Origin: Flammeovirgaceae bacterium | GTDB taxonomy: Bacteria > Bacteroidota > Bacteroidia > Cytophagales > Cyclobacteriaceae | Length of the DNA: 64,000 nucleotides | Assembly: GCA_013204595.1 (NCBI GenBank) | Contig: JABMNK010000100.1 | Location: 8,050-72,049, forward strand | Direction of reading: 5' to 3' | Part shown: piece after piece, positions 10,393-18,417 of the stretch | Numbering within the stretch: position 1 is the first letter of the stretch | How the letters are laid out: every line of letters starts with the position of its first letter | Notes under the pieces: model-generated | The model's database searches: none | Told to the model about the DNA's origin: nothing | What the model saw: only the letters and a program-made list of their open reading frames with translations | Made by a program: the position numbers and the translations under genes

Positions 10393-12487
10393 GTTTCAGT
10401 TCAATTTTAAGGTTTGATCTAATTCTCGTACGAGGCGTCAAGGATTGCGACTGAACCCGACCAACGCCTCGAGTAACTACTTGTAGGCCTGCATTTTCTA
10501 AAACAAAATAAGCATCTCTCAAGGTCATGCCGACGACGTTCGGAACTAGTTTAGATTCATAATCATTTGATTTCCAATAAATCGCATCATCAATTATCTT
10601 TGTACTTACCCAATCAGCATTAGGAGCATCCGAATGATTGGAAATTCCTAAAGTATTGCTTATCTCAATGAGATCTCGCTGATAACCTGACTTAATCAAC
10701 GGAAAGGTACCCGCCACTTGACTATCAGTTATCGCTGTTATATTTTGAAGTTCTAACTCATTGGAATAAATTCTATCGGCAATGTCTCTAAACACAGGAG
10801 CTGACACATCACCACCATATATTTGGTAGCCTTTAGGATTATCGATCACAACGATACAGCTGTATTTAGGATGGTCAGCAGGGAAATACCCAACGAATGA
10901 AGTATAATATTCATCGGTATAAACACCATTTTTGACATTTTTTGCTGTTCCGGTTTTTCCGGCTATCGAATACTTTGAGGTATAAATATTTTGTGCAGTA
11001 CCCCTTTTTATCACCCCCTCGAGCATTCCTTGAACTTCATAGAGTGTCTTTTTCGAACAAATCTGATCTTTTAATACCCTGGATTCAAACGCCTGCTCAA
11101 TGCGATCTGCACGTTTGATATACTTGACGATAATCGGTTGCAACATTTTTCCTTCATTGGCGATTGCATTATATAATGAAAGGGTATGCAATGGCGTCAT
11201 TCTCAGCTCATAACCATGTGAAATCCATGGCAGGGAAGTACCACTCCAAGTTGAATCCTCTGGCGTTTTAATATAGGAAGTACCCTCACCGATCATTTGA
11301 AGATTAAGGGGCTCATATAGGCCCATTTTCCTCAACCGCTCAATGAATTTTTGTGGGTTTTTACTAAAATGATTATTTACCAACTTGGCTATGCCAATAT
11401 TAGAAGATTTCTCAAAAGCCTCTTGTACTGAAAGCATTCCGTAGCCATCCACTTTATGATCTTTCATCGTTTCATTAAAAAACTTAAATTCACCATTTCC
11501 AGTATCTATAGAATCCGTAATATTTATTTTTGAATCTTCCAACAAGGCGATCATACTCGCCAGTTTGAACGTTGACCCTGGCTCTCTAGATCCTTGACTT
11601 CCCAAAGCATAATTATATTCCTCAAAATAGGTACCTTTTGAATTTCTACTTAAATTCGAAATTGCCTTAATTTCACCTGTCTTAACCTCCATCACTACTA
11701 CAGAACCATAATCTGCTCGATTTTCCATTAACGCCTTCAGCAATGCGGTTTCGGCAATGTCTTGAATATCGATATTAATCGTCGTTTGAATATCAAGCCC
11801 TTCTTTAGGTCTTAGTTCAGTTCCATCGTAAATAGGCTTCCATCCACCACCTACCATTTTCTGATACAAGGCTTCACCGTCTCGGCCTGACAATTCTTTA
11901 TTAAAACTGAATTCAAGACCAACGACGCCTTGATCTTCACCATTAACCGTTCCTATTGTCCTTCCCCCCAATTGACTAAAGGGCAAGAATCTTTTCTCTA
12001 CTTTTTCAAAAATAACCCCACCAGTCATCCTACCTTCTCTGAACAAAGGCCAACTCGCCATTGACTTTTTAGCTTGATAGCCAATTAAATTCTTATTCAA
12101 AACCATATAGCGACGTCCCTCCTGCCTTTGCTTGGCAATCTTGGCTTTGTACTGATACGGACTCATATCGCCAAAATGTTTTGATAGCAAATAGGCAAGG
12201 GAATCAATGTTTTGATTAAATAATGCTGATTTGGATAACGAAGGATCGATGGCTACTTTATAAAAAGGAAGGGATGTCGCCAACAGACTCCCATCATCCG
12301 AATAAATATTGCCACGGGTGGCATTTATACTCATTACTTTTAATCCGTTGAATTCCCCAAGGTCTTTCCATTTCTCCACTTCAACATATTGAATGATCAC
12401 GAGCCTATAAATTGCACCCAATGTAAATAGGGAAACAGCCAAATAGGAGATGCGTACTCTAAGCAATATGTCGCTCTTGACTTTCAT
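10385..12487 (-). CDS. ftsI: Class B penicillin-binding protein (FtsI-type transpeptidase) with C-terminal PASTA-like domain
   Basis: 700 aa with an N-terminal TM anchor and transpeptidase motifs STFK (SxxK), SSN (SxN) and KTGT (KTG). The C-terminal ~60 aa, VPNVVGMTLRDAYFVLENAGLQV..., looks PASTA-like. Confidence 0.9.
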   Translation of the reverse strand: MKVKSDILLRVRISYLAVSLFTLGAIYRLVIIQYVEVEKWKDLGEFNGLKVMSINATRGNIYSDDGSLLATSLPFYKVAIDPSLSKSALFNQNIDSLAYLLSKHFGDMSPYQYKAKIAKQRQEGRRYMVLNKNLIGYQAKKSMASWPLFREGRMTGGVIFEKVEKRFLPFSQLGGRTIGTVNGEDQGVVGLEFSFNKELSGRDGEALYQKMVGGGWKPIYDGTELRPKEGLDIQTTINIDIQDIAETALLKALMENRADYGSVVVMEVKTGEIKAISNLSRNSKGTYFEEYNYALGSQGSREPGSTFKLASMIALLEDSKINITDSIDTGNGEFKFFNETMKDHKVDGYGMLSVQEAFEKSSNIGIAKLVNNHFSKNPQKFIERLRKMGLYEPLNLQMIGEGTSYIKTPEDSTWSGTSLPWISHGYELRMTPLHTLSLYNAIANEGKMLQPIIVKYIKRADRIEQAFESRVLKDQICSKKTLYEVQGMLEGVIKRGTAQNIYTSKYSIAGKTGTAKNVKNGVYTDEYYTSFVGYFPADHPKYSCIVVIDNPKGYQIYGGDVSAPVFRDIADRIYSNELELQNITAITDSQVAGTFPLIKSGYQRDLIEISNTLGISNHSDAPNADWVSTKIIDDAIYWKSNDYESKLVPNVVGMTLRDAYFVLENAGLQVVTRGVGRVQSQSLTPRTRIRSNLKIELKLG

Positions 12488-12846
12488 TTTGTCATCAAAA
12501 TCTTCTGTGGTGGGACTCTAGACTCAAAAAGGCCAAACTTTGCTACTTTCTTGGCTATTTCAGATTGCTTACTAGCAAACATATAATCCGATTTTAAGGT
12601 GGTATAATCCGCCCTGAGATCTTCTACTTGCTGTTCTAGTAATCCAATATTTCTAACTGTTTTTTCAGCGTAATGCCTATTGCCGATATAGATCAAACAA
12701 ATAAGTGAAATAAAAATAATTTGAGATAAATAGCGTACGTGTATTACTTCCTTGATGTTTTCATCAATTTTAAAAAACTGCTCTACAAACGAAAATATAG
12801 TTCGTCCGCGATGCTTATCTTTAGATTTATAAGTGTTCGTTGCCAT
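12484..12846 (-). CDS. ftsL: FtsL-like small bitopic cell division protein
   Basis: 120 aa with a single TM (IIFISLICLIYIG) followed by a helical segment. Sits between rsmH and ftsI. Assigned by position and topology only. Confidence 0.6.
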   Translation of the reverse strand: MATNTYKSKDKHRGRTIFSFVEQFFKIDENIKEVIHVRYLSQIIFISLICLIYIGNRHYAEKTVRNIGLLEQQVEDLRADYTTLKSDYMFASKQSEIAKKVAKFGLFESRVPPQKILMTK

Positions 12847-12847
12847 A

Positions 12848-13759
12848 TTAATTTTTAATCCCTATCCTGAGCTTAGCGCTTCTTGATCTATTATTTTTCC
12901 GAAGCTCCTGCTCATCAGGAGTAATTAATCTTCCTTTTATGGGTTCATAAGGTCTGATCACGTTCCCATAAAAATCCTTCTCTATATTTCCTTCAAAATT
13001 GCCAGCGTTAATCAAGTGCTTTACCAGTCTGTCTTCTAAAGAATGATAACTGATTACTACCAACCTACCCCCTGATTTTAATACATCCTTAGTTTGAGTC
13101 AAGAAATCTTTCAATGACTCTATTTCATCGTTCACCTCAATGCGGATCGCTTGAAACAATTGAGCTAAGTACTTAGCTTGCTTTCCATGAGGCGCAATCA
13201 GAAGCGCAATAGCCTTCAACATAGCCGTGGAGGTTATCGGGGCTTTAAGTCGTGCATGCACAATATCTGCTGCTAGCCTTTTGGCGTTTCTTATTTCTCC
13301 GTATTTACTCAAAACTTCAACAAGACGATCTTCAGAATAACTATTTACTACTTTAGCCGCCGTAAGTTTAGACACACGATCCATTCTCATGTCTAGTGCG
13401 CCATCAAACCGCGTAGAGAATCCTCTGTGCTCTTCATCGAATTGATAAGAGGAAACGCCTAAGTCAGCCAAAATACCATCGACTTTCTCGATTTTATGAA
13501 ATTTTAAGAATCGCTTCAGATGCCTGAAATTAGCAGGTACAAAAAGGAAAGAACGTTTTGCATCAGAATTAAACGCTGATGCATTTGGTAGCGCATCTGG
13601 ATCCTGATCAAATGCGACTAAGGCTCCTTGCTCCATAGATTCGAATATTGCCTTGGCATGGCCTCCTCCTCCAAAAGTTACATCCACGTAGATGCCGCCA
13701 GACTGAATATTTAAACCTTCAATACAATGTCTAAGTAATACTGGAACATGATAGCTCAT
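12848..13759 (-). CDS. rsmH: 16S rRNA (cytosine1402-N4)-methyltransferase
   Basis: 303 aa with the SAM-binding motif VDVTFGGGGH and the DLGVSSYQ motif. Second gene of the dcw cluster. Confidence 0.95.
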   Translation of the reverse strand: MSYHVPVLLRHCIEGLNIQSGGIYVDVTFGGGGHAKAIFESMEQGALVAFDQDPDALPNASAFNSDAKRSFLFVPANFRHLKRFLKFHKIEKVDGILADLGVSSYQFDEEHRGFSTRFDGALDMRMDRVSKLTAAKVVNSYSEDRLVEVLSKYGEIRNAKRLAADIVHARLKAPITSTAMLKAIALLIAPHGKQAKYLAQLFQAIRIEVNDEIESLKDFLTQTKDVLKSGGRLVVISYHSLEDRLVKHLINAGNFEGNIEKDFYGNVIRPYEPIKGRLITPDEQELRKNNRSRSAKLRIGIKN

Positions 13760-14203
13760 TTACTCGTCAAGATACTTTTGAGCTAAATCAGAAAACTCAG
13801 CTTCGTTGACACTAAGACTTTGATTAAACACATCAGGATTCCATATTTCAATATAATTGCCCATTCCTATCAAAATAACATCTCTTTCGATTTTAGCATG
13901 AGCCAACATGCCCTTCGGGACTAAAATTCTTGCCGCACCATCCATTTCGACTTGTGCAATGCTTCTGAAGAATATCCTCTTGAGTTGCCGTTGTTCAGGA
14001 TTGAATTCACTTAGACTTGATATTTTTTGGTGTATTTTTTTGTACTCCAACATGGGGTAGAGAATCAAATTTGATTCAAAACCTTTTCGTAGTACGAGCT
14101 CCGTTGTTGACACCTCAGGTAGACTAGACTTAATCTTTGCAGGTAAGACTAATCTACCCTTGGAATCTAACTTACACTCAAATTCGCTTGTAAAAAAAGC
14201 CAT
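13760..14203 (-). CDS. mraZ: Transcriptional regulator MraZ
   Basis: 147 aa with two MraZ/AbrB-like half-domains (KLDSKGRLVLP and EMDGAARILVP). First gene of the cluster. Confidence 0.93.
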   Translation of the reverse strand: MAFFTSEFECKLDSKGRLVLPAKIKSSLPEVSTTELVLRKGFESNLILYPMLEYKKIHQKISSLSEFNPEQRQLKRIFFRSIAQVEMDGAARILVPKGMLAHAKIERDVILIGMGNYIEIWNPDVFNQSLSVNEAEFSDLAQKYLDE

Positions 14204-14233
14204 AAGAGTTATTAAAAATATAAACCACCACTA

Positions 14234-14241
14234 CAAATGTA
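14234..14241 (-). promoter_or_regulatory. Putative -7 promoter box TACATTTG (Bacteroidota TAnnTTTG consensus) for mraZ/dcw operon
   Basis: The minus strand reads TTGG-N18-TACATTTG, ending 31 nt upstream of the mraZ ATG. Similar geometry is seen upstream of sdhC, nqrA and fabD in this window. Confidence 0.45.
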
Positions 14242-14263
14242 TGGAATAATATGACATTTCCAA

Positions 14264-14287
14264 CCACTTTATCCCACTTTATCCCAC
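14264..14287 (-). promoter_or_regulatory. Putative MraZ operator: three GTGG(G) boxes with exact 10-nt phasing
   Basis: The minus strand reads GTGGGATAAAGTGGGATAAAGTGGT. The boxes are at 14287-14283, 14277-14273 and 14267-14264. This matches the known MraZ operator architecture of GTGGG-like direct repeats with 5-nt spacers. Confidence 0.7.
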
Positions 14288-14497
14288 TTATTTTTTGCGA
14301 CGGAAACCAAGAGGAAAAAAACATTAAATAAACGACTCAAATGCCTTTTTTAGAGCTTAACGGAAGATTTAATAAATTTAATTTTGGGAAAAAAAATATT
14401 CTTGACGCCTAACTAAATAGGAAAATTGACATTTTTACTAGATTTTAATCCATAAAAATCAAATTTTACTAATCTTCGGATTTAAATACGAGATCCA

Positions 14498-14512
14498 GTG
14501 GGGGGTTGTGGG
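14498..14512 (+). promoter_or_regulatory. Second GTGGG-N5-GTGGG pair, opposite orientation to the mraZ-proximal array
   Basis: The plus strand reads GTGGGGGGTTGTGGG, with boxes at 14498-14502 and 14508-14512 at the same 10-nt phasing. It lies ~210 bp upstream of the first array. Function unknown. Confidence 0.3.
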
Positions 14513-14748
14513 AATTCCTATAAACTGTGATCAGATCATTTAAAAAAAGAGATAGATAGGTAATAAAAGATGCCCCATGTGGCGAGTCGCATGATGGGAT
14601 TGTGGGGCATTCTTGACTCTTCAAAATAAACTCATTTATTCTGAATACATAAAACCAATGTATGCGACTAGGGGGATGTGTTAGTGTATTTACTCACTCG
14701 CCCTACTAACAATCCGCGATGTGAAGAATCTAAAAATGAAGGAAAAAT

Positions 14749-15177
14749 CTAAGAAATTTCAACAATCTCAATTTCAAACTCCAAATCTTTCCCTGCTAAC
14801 TGATGATTAGCATCAATTTTTATATCCGCCTCATTGACCTCAACAATAGTCACGGGGATTTGATGTCCATTATCTGAAGTGGCTGACAACTGAAGACCTA
14901 CCTCAGGATTCAACCCTTCTGGCAGATGTTCTTTGGGTACCACCTGAACCATCTCATCATTGTATTCGCCGTAGGCCTCAGCTGCAGGTATGATGACTGT
15001 TTTTTTCTCATTTAGCTCCATACCATGAACGGCAGCATCAAATCCTTTGATCATTTGTCCTGCTGCAACCGTAAATTGTAGCGGCTCTCTGCCAACTGAA
15101 GAATCGAAAACTTCACCATCGGTAAGCTTGCCTGTGTAGTGAACTTTAATGAGATCATTTGCCTTTACTTGTGCCAT
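14749..15177 (-). CDS. Short FKBP-type peptidyl-prolyl cis-trans isomerase (SlyD/FkpB-like, no His-rich tail)
   Basis: 142 aa with an FKBP core (VHYTGKLTDGEVFDSS...FTVAAGQMIKGFD) and an inserted flap-like segment before the last strands. Confidence 0.85.
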   Translation of the reverse strand: MAQVKANDLIKVHYTGKLTDGEVFDSSVGREPLQFTVAAGQMIKGFDAAVHGMELNEKKTVIIPAAEAYGEYNDEMVQVVPKEHLPEGLNPEVGLQLSATSDNGHQIPVTIVEVNEADIKIDANHQLAGKDLEFEIEIVEIS

Positions 15178-15245
15178 ATTATTTTTTTAAGCCTCTAACT
15201 TAACGCTTATCCTTAGAAAAGCCACACGTTTTCTGAACTTAGTAA

Positions 15246-18200
15246 TCATATGGCTTCAACTTTTATCGGGTCTAAGTAAATTAAATATCCTTTCAAATCG
15301 TGAAATCCCATTTTCAATAAGATGTCTACGTATTCTCTGAGTTGAATTTGATCTGTTTCTCTTGGTCTTCCTGTTTTAAAATCTATCACCATCCAAGCGC
15401 CATTTTTCTTAATCAATCGATCGATTCTCTTAACAACCCCTCCAGGCAATAATATGGGCTGTTCGGAAATTACTTCTTCGGGATTGTTAAAAAATGGTTC
15501 AACTTCTTCATGATGAATGATCAATTTCAATAACCTCTTAATTTCCAAATCCTTGACCTGATATTGATCCCCGAGCCGATGAAATTGGTTCAAAGCCTGA
15601 TGCAATGAAATTCCCCATTGCCTGGGATCCAGCACTTGCTGATCGTTCATCAAAGAAGAACCTTTGATTTGTAATTTGGCAAACCCACGCCAAGAAGTGC
15701 TCGGATAACTACTGAGGGCTAACTCATTTCGAACATTATTTACAGTCTTTCGATCAGGCAAATTGCCGATATTATATTTTTGTATCGTTTCCTCCCAATG
15801 AGGCTGAGAGATCAAGAGTCTTTTGACAAATTCTCCTATATTATTGATATCGGTTGACTTTTTTGTTTCTCCAAAAGCAAACAATCCATTGATTGGCCTA
15901 GTAAAAGCGACATAAAGCACATTCATGTTGTCAATAAAAGTATTGATGTGCTCAAGGGCGTATACCTCTGACCAGTAGGTTTTAAGTAAGTTTTTTGAAT
16001 ACTTAACAGGAACGATTGGTATCTCAGCGATTCCCTTCAAGGGAGATCCATCTACCCACATAATTCCTTCATTTCTATCATTATCCAACTTCCAATTCAA
16101 AAAAGGAATAATAACAATTGGATATTGAAGACCTTTGGACTTATGAATGGTCAATACTTTGACAGCATCATTTTCATCTGCTATTTTGATGGCCCTTTGC
16201 TTTCTTTCCTCGTCCCACCATATCAAAAACGAAGCAATATCCCCTCGCTCTTTTTTAGTGAAATCCAAAACCGCATCTTGTAGCCCTTGTAAATAAGTGA
16301 ATTCATCGGGTAGCTCATTGAGTGCTAAATGATCAATAATGGACTCAACTAACTCATAAATAGCCAAGGTCCTCCAGTATTTAAGTGTTCTTAAAAAATC
16401 CCTCGAAAAAAAGCTTTGCCACGAATCGACTTTTTTAAAAGCCTCTTCCTTAGACCCTTTCTTCTTGATGACCCAGTAAGTACTGAACCATTCCCACAAG
16501 GAAATACGATCATTGGTTTGATGGACCCATTTGATCAAATTGATCACCAGATGAACGGCATTGCTGTTTGATAAGAAAAGGGCCTCCGAACTTACCACGT
16601 CATATTTGAACCCTGGACGTGCATTTTCAGATACCTTATAGGTCATAAATCCATCTGCAATTAACTTCCCTTCCTCCTTCGTTCTCACCAAAATAGCTAT
16701 GTCACGAAGTTGATATTGTTTTATCTGTAACTGTTCTACTTGGGTTATAGTCTTTTGAATCGCTAGCTGCTTCCAGGAATTTTCATCATCCGCAGTCAAA
16801 TATTCTATACAAACAGCCGACTCTTTTTCTTTTAGGTGTGATTCCTGCGCAACGCCTTTATAGGCCTCAAGTGCATCCATAACAACGCCTTCGTGAACAG
16901 GCAATAAATCTGAGAAATAAGTTTGAGCAATCTCAGGCATTCGGGTAAAAATACTATTGTTAAATTCAACAATGTCTAGGCCACTTCTATAGTTAACAAC
17001 TAAGTTATTTTCCTTTGTCGCCGCCGTTCCTATATCATATGTGATTTTGTCTTTTAGCAAACGCCAATCACCCCCCCTCCAGCGATAAATAGATTGCTTA
17101 ATATCGCCAACCACCATGCTAAACTGACCCTGATCAGTACCGTTTTTGATTAGCGGCTTGAAGTTTCCCCACTGAAAGGCTGAGGTATCTTGAAACTCAT
17201 CTATTAGATAATGATGATACCTTGCACCTACTTTTTCATATATATAGGGCGTGTCACTGTCGCTGATAATCTTGTTCAAGAAATCTGGTAAATCTGCAAT
17301 TAAAACCAAGTCGTGTTCTTCTCTGTATTTAACCAATTCTTGATTTATTTTGGACAAAATACCAAACGTATATAGATACCTATTGGTCTCCATAATCGAT
17401 TGATACTGGACCTCATTATTATCAATAAATCCTACTAATTGATCATAGATTGGCAATAGCTTATGTTGTAAAAAATGAACCAATTCTGCATTATTTAAAT
17501 TCTCTTTGGTTAACCAAGCGTCTATATTACCACAGGCTTCTCGACGTGTCGTACTTACCTCAAATTCTTTGTTCGCTATTTTTTTAAACAATCCTGCCGG
17601 ACCATTGGCCTTACCTTTAAAAACCTCAAACCCACCTTTTTCAGCCAAGCAATCTGCGCCCAATGTTGCTAATCGAAGACAATCTGTTTTAAATAACTTA
17701 ATAAAATCGACAAGTTGCTTTTTTATCCCCGGAAAATAGTTGGGATTATCACTCAACTTTAAGATCAACGCTTCATTACTTTTGAACTTATCAGTGGTCA
17801 GCTGATTCGCTAACTTCTCAACATCTTGCCTAAAATCCCACCGACCCCCTTCCTCAACTTTACTTTCAGCAAATTGAGTCAGCCATTTTTTTAATTCTAG
17901 ATGCTCAGGGTTTCCTATATTGGCGAGCAAATTATCAATCACCTTTCTGAGGACTAGCGCAGTATTCAAATCAATACTAAAAGAACCCTGTAGGCTCATT
18001 TCTTGTGCAAAAGAACGAATTACTTGATGAAAGAAACTATCAATTGTGACAATCGAAAATCTACCATACTGATGCAGTATCGCCGATAGAACCTCCTTTG
18101 ACCTTATTTTAAGCTCCTTATCCGTAAAATGAAGTGTCGCTTTTAGATCTTTGGACATGACCTCTTTCTTCCCCAAACTCAGTGCTTCAAGAACCTCCAG

Positions 18201-18368
18201 AATCCGGGACTTCATCTCACTGGTCGCTTTGTTGGTGAAGGTGACGCCTAATATGTATTTGAACGCATCTACGTGCTGAAGCGCTAACTTGAGATATTCT
18301 AAAGTAAGCTGATGCGTTTTACCCGAGCCGGCAGAAGATTTATAAATTTGAAAAGGATGTACTGGCAT
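15246..18368 (-). CDS. UvrD/Rep-family SF1 helicase fused to a C-terminal PD-(D/E)XK (RecB-type) nuclease; AddA/RecB-like
   Basis: 1040 aa. Helicase motifs seen: motif I SAGSGKT, motif II LIDEFQDTS, motif III VGDIKQSIYRWRGG, motif VI YVAFTRP. The C-terminal nuclease signature is RIDRL...VIDFKTG...QLREY. Confidence 0.85.
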   Translation of the reverse strand: MPVHPFQIYKSSAGSGKTHQLTLEYLKLALQHVDAFKYILGVTFTNKATSEMKSRILEVLEALSLGKKEVMSKDLKATLHFTDKELKIRSKEVLSAILHQYGRFSIVTIDSFFHQVIRSFAQEMSLQGSFSIDLNTALVLRKVIDNLLANIGNPEHLELKKWLTQFAESKVEEGGRWDFRQDVEKLANQLTTDKFKSNEALILKLSDNPNYFPGIKKQLVDFIKLFKTDCLRLATLGADCLAEKGGFEVFKGKANGPAGLFKKIANKEFEVSTTRREACGNIDAWLTKENLNNAELVHFLQHKLLPIYDQLVGFIDNNEVQYQSIMETNRYLYTFGILSKINQELVKYREEHDLVLIADLPDFLNKIISDSDTPYIYEKVGARYHHYLIDEFQDTSAFQWGNFKPLIKNGTDQGQFSMVVGDIKQSIYRWRGGDWRLLKDKITYDIGTAATKENNLVVNYRSGLDIVEFNNSIFTRMPEIAQTYFSDLLPVHEGVVMDALEAYKGVAQESHLKEKESAVCIEYLTADDENSWKQLAIQKTITQVEQLQIKQYQLRDIAILVRTKEEGKLIADGFMTYKVSENARPGFKYDVVSSEALFLSNSNAVHLVINLIKWVHQTNDRISLWEWFSTYWVIKKKGSKEEAFKKVDSWQSFFSRDFLRTLKYWRTLAIYELVESIIDHLALNELPDEFTYLQGLQDAVLDFTKKERGDIASFLIWWDEERKQRAIKIADENDAVKVLTIHKSKGLQYPIVIIPFLNWKLDNDRNEGIMWVDGSPLKGIAEIPIVPVKYSKNLLKTYWSEVYALEHINTFIDNMNVLYVAFTRPINGLFAFGETKKSTDINNIGEFVKRLLISQPHWEETIQKYNIGNLPDRKTVNNVRNELALSSYPSTSWRGFAKLQIKGSSLMNDQQVLDPRQWGISLHQALNQFHRLGDQYQVKDLEIKRLLKLIIHHEEVEPFFNNPEEVISEQPILLPGGVVKRIDRLIKKNGAWMVIDFKTGRPRETDQIQLREYVDILLKMGFHDLKGYLIYLDPIKVEAI

Positions 18369-18417
18369 GGCATAAAAATAAGGAAAGCCTTTTGCATTGA
18401 GACAACCAATTCTTTAA

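Noticed and set aside
14204-14748. Housekeeping ncRNA (RNase P RNA, tmRNA, SRP RNA, 6S) in the 545-nt spacer.
   Set aside because: No GAGGAAAGTCCGG-like RNase P core, no tRNA-like tmRNA ends or tag ORF, and no SRP GGAA/AGCA domain IV motif. Only generic hairpins are present, and these are reported separately as a low-confidence finding.
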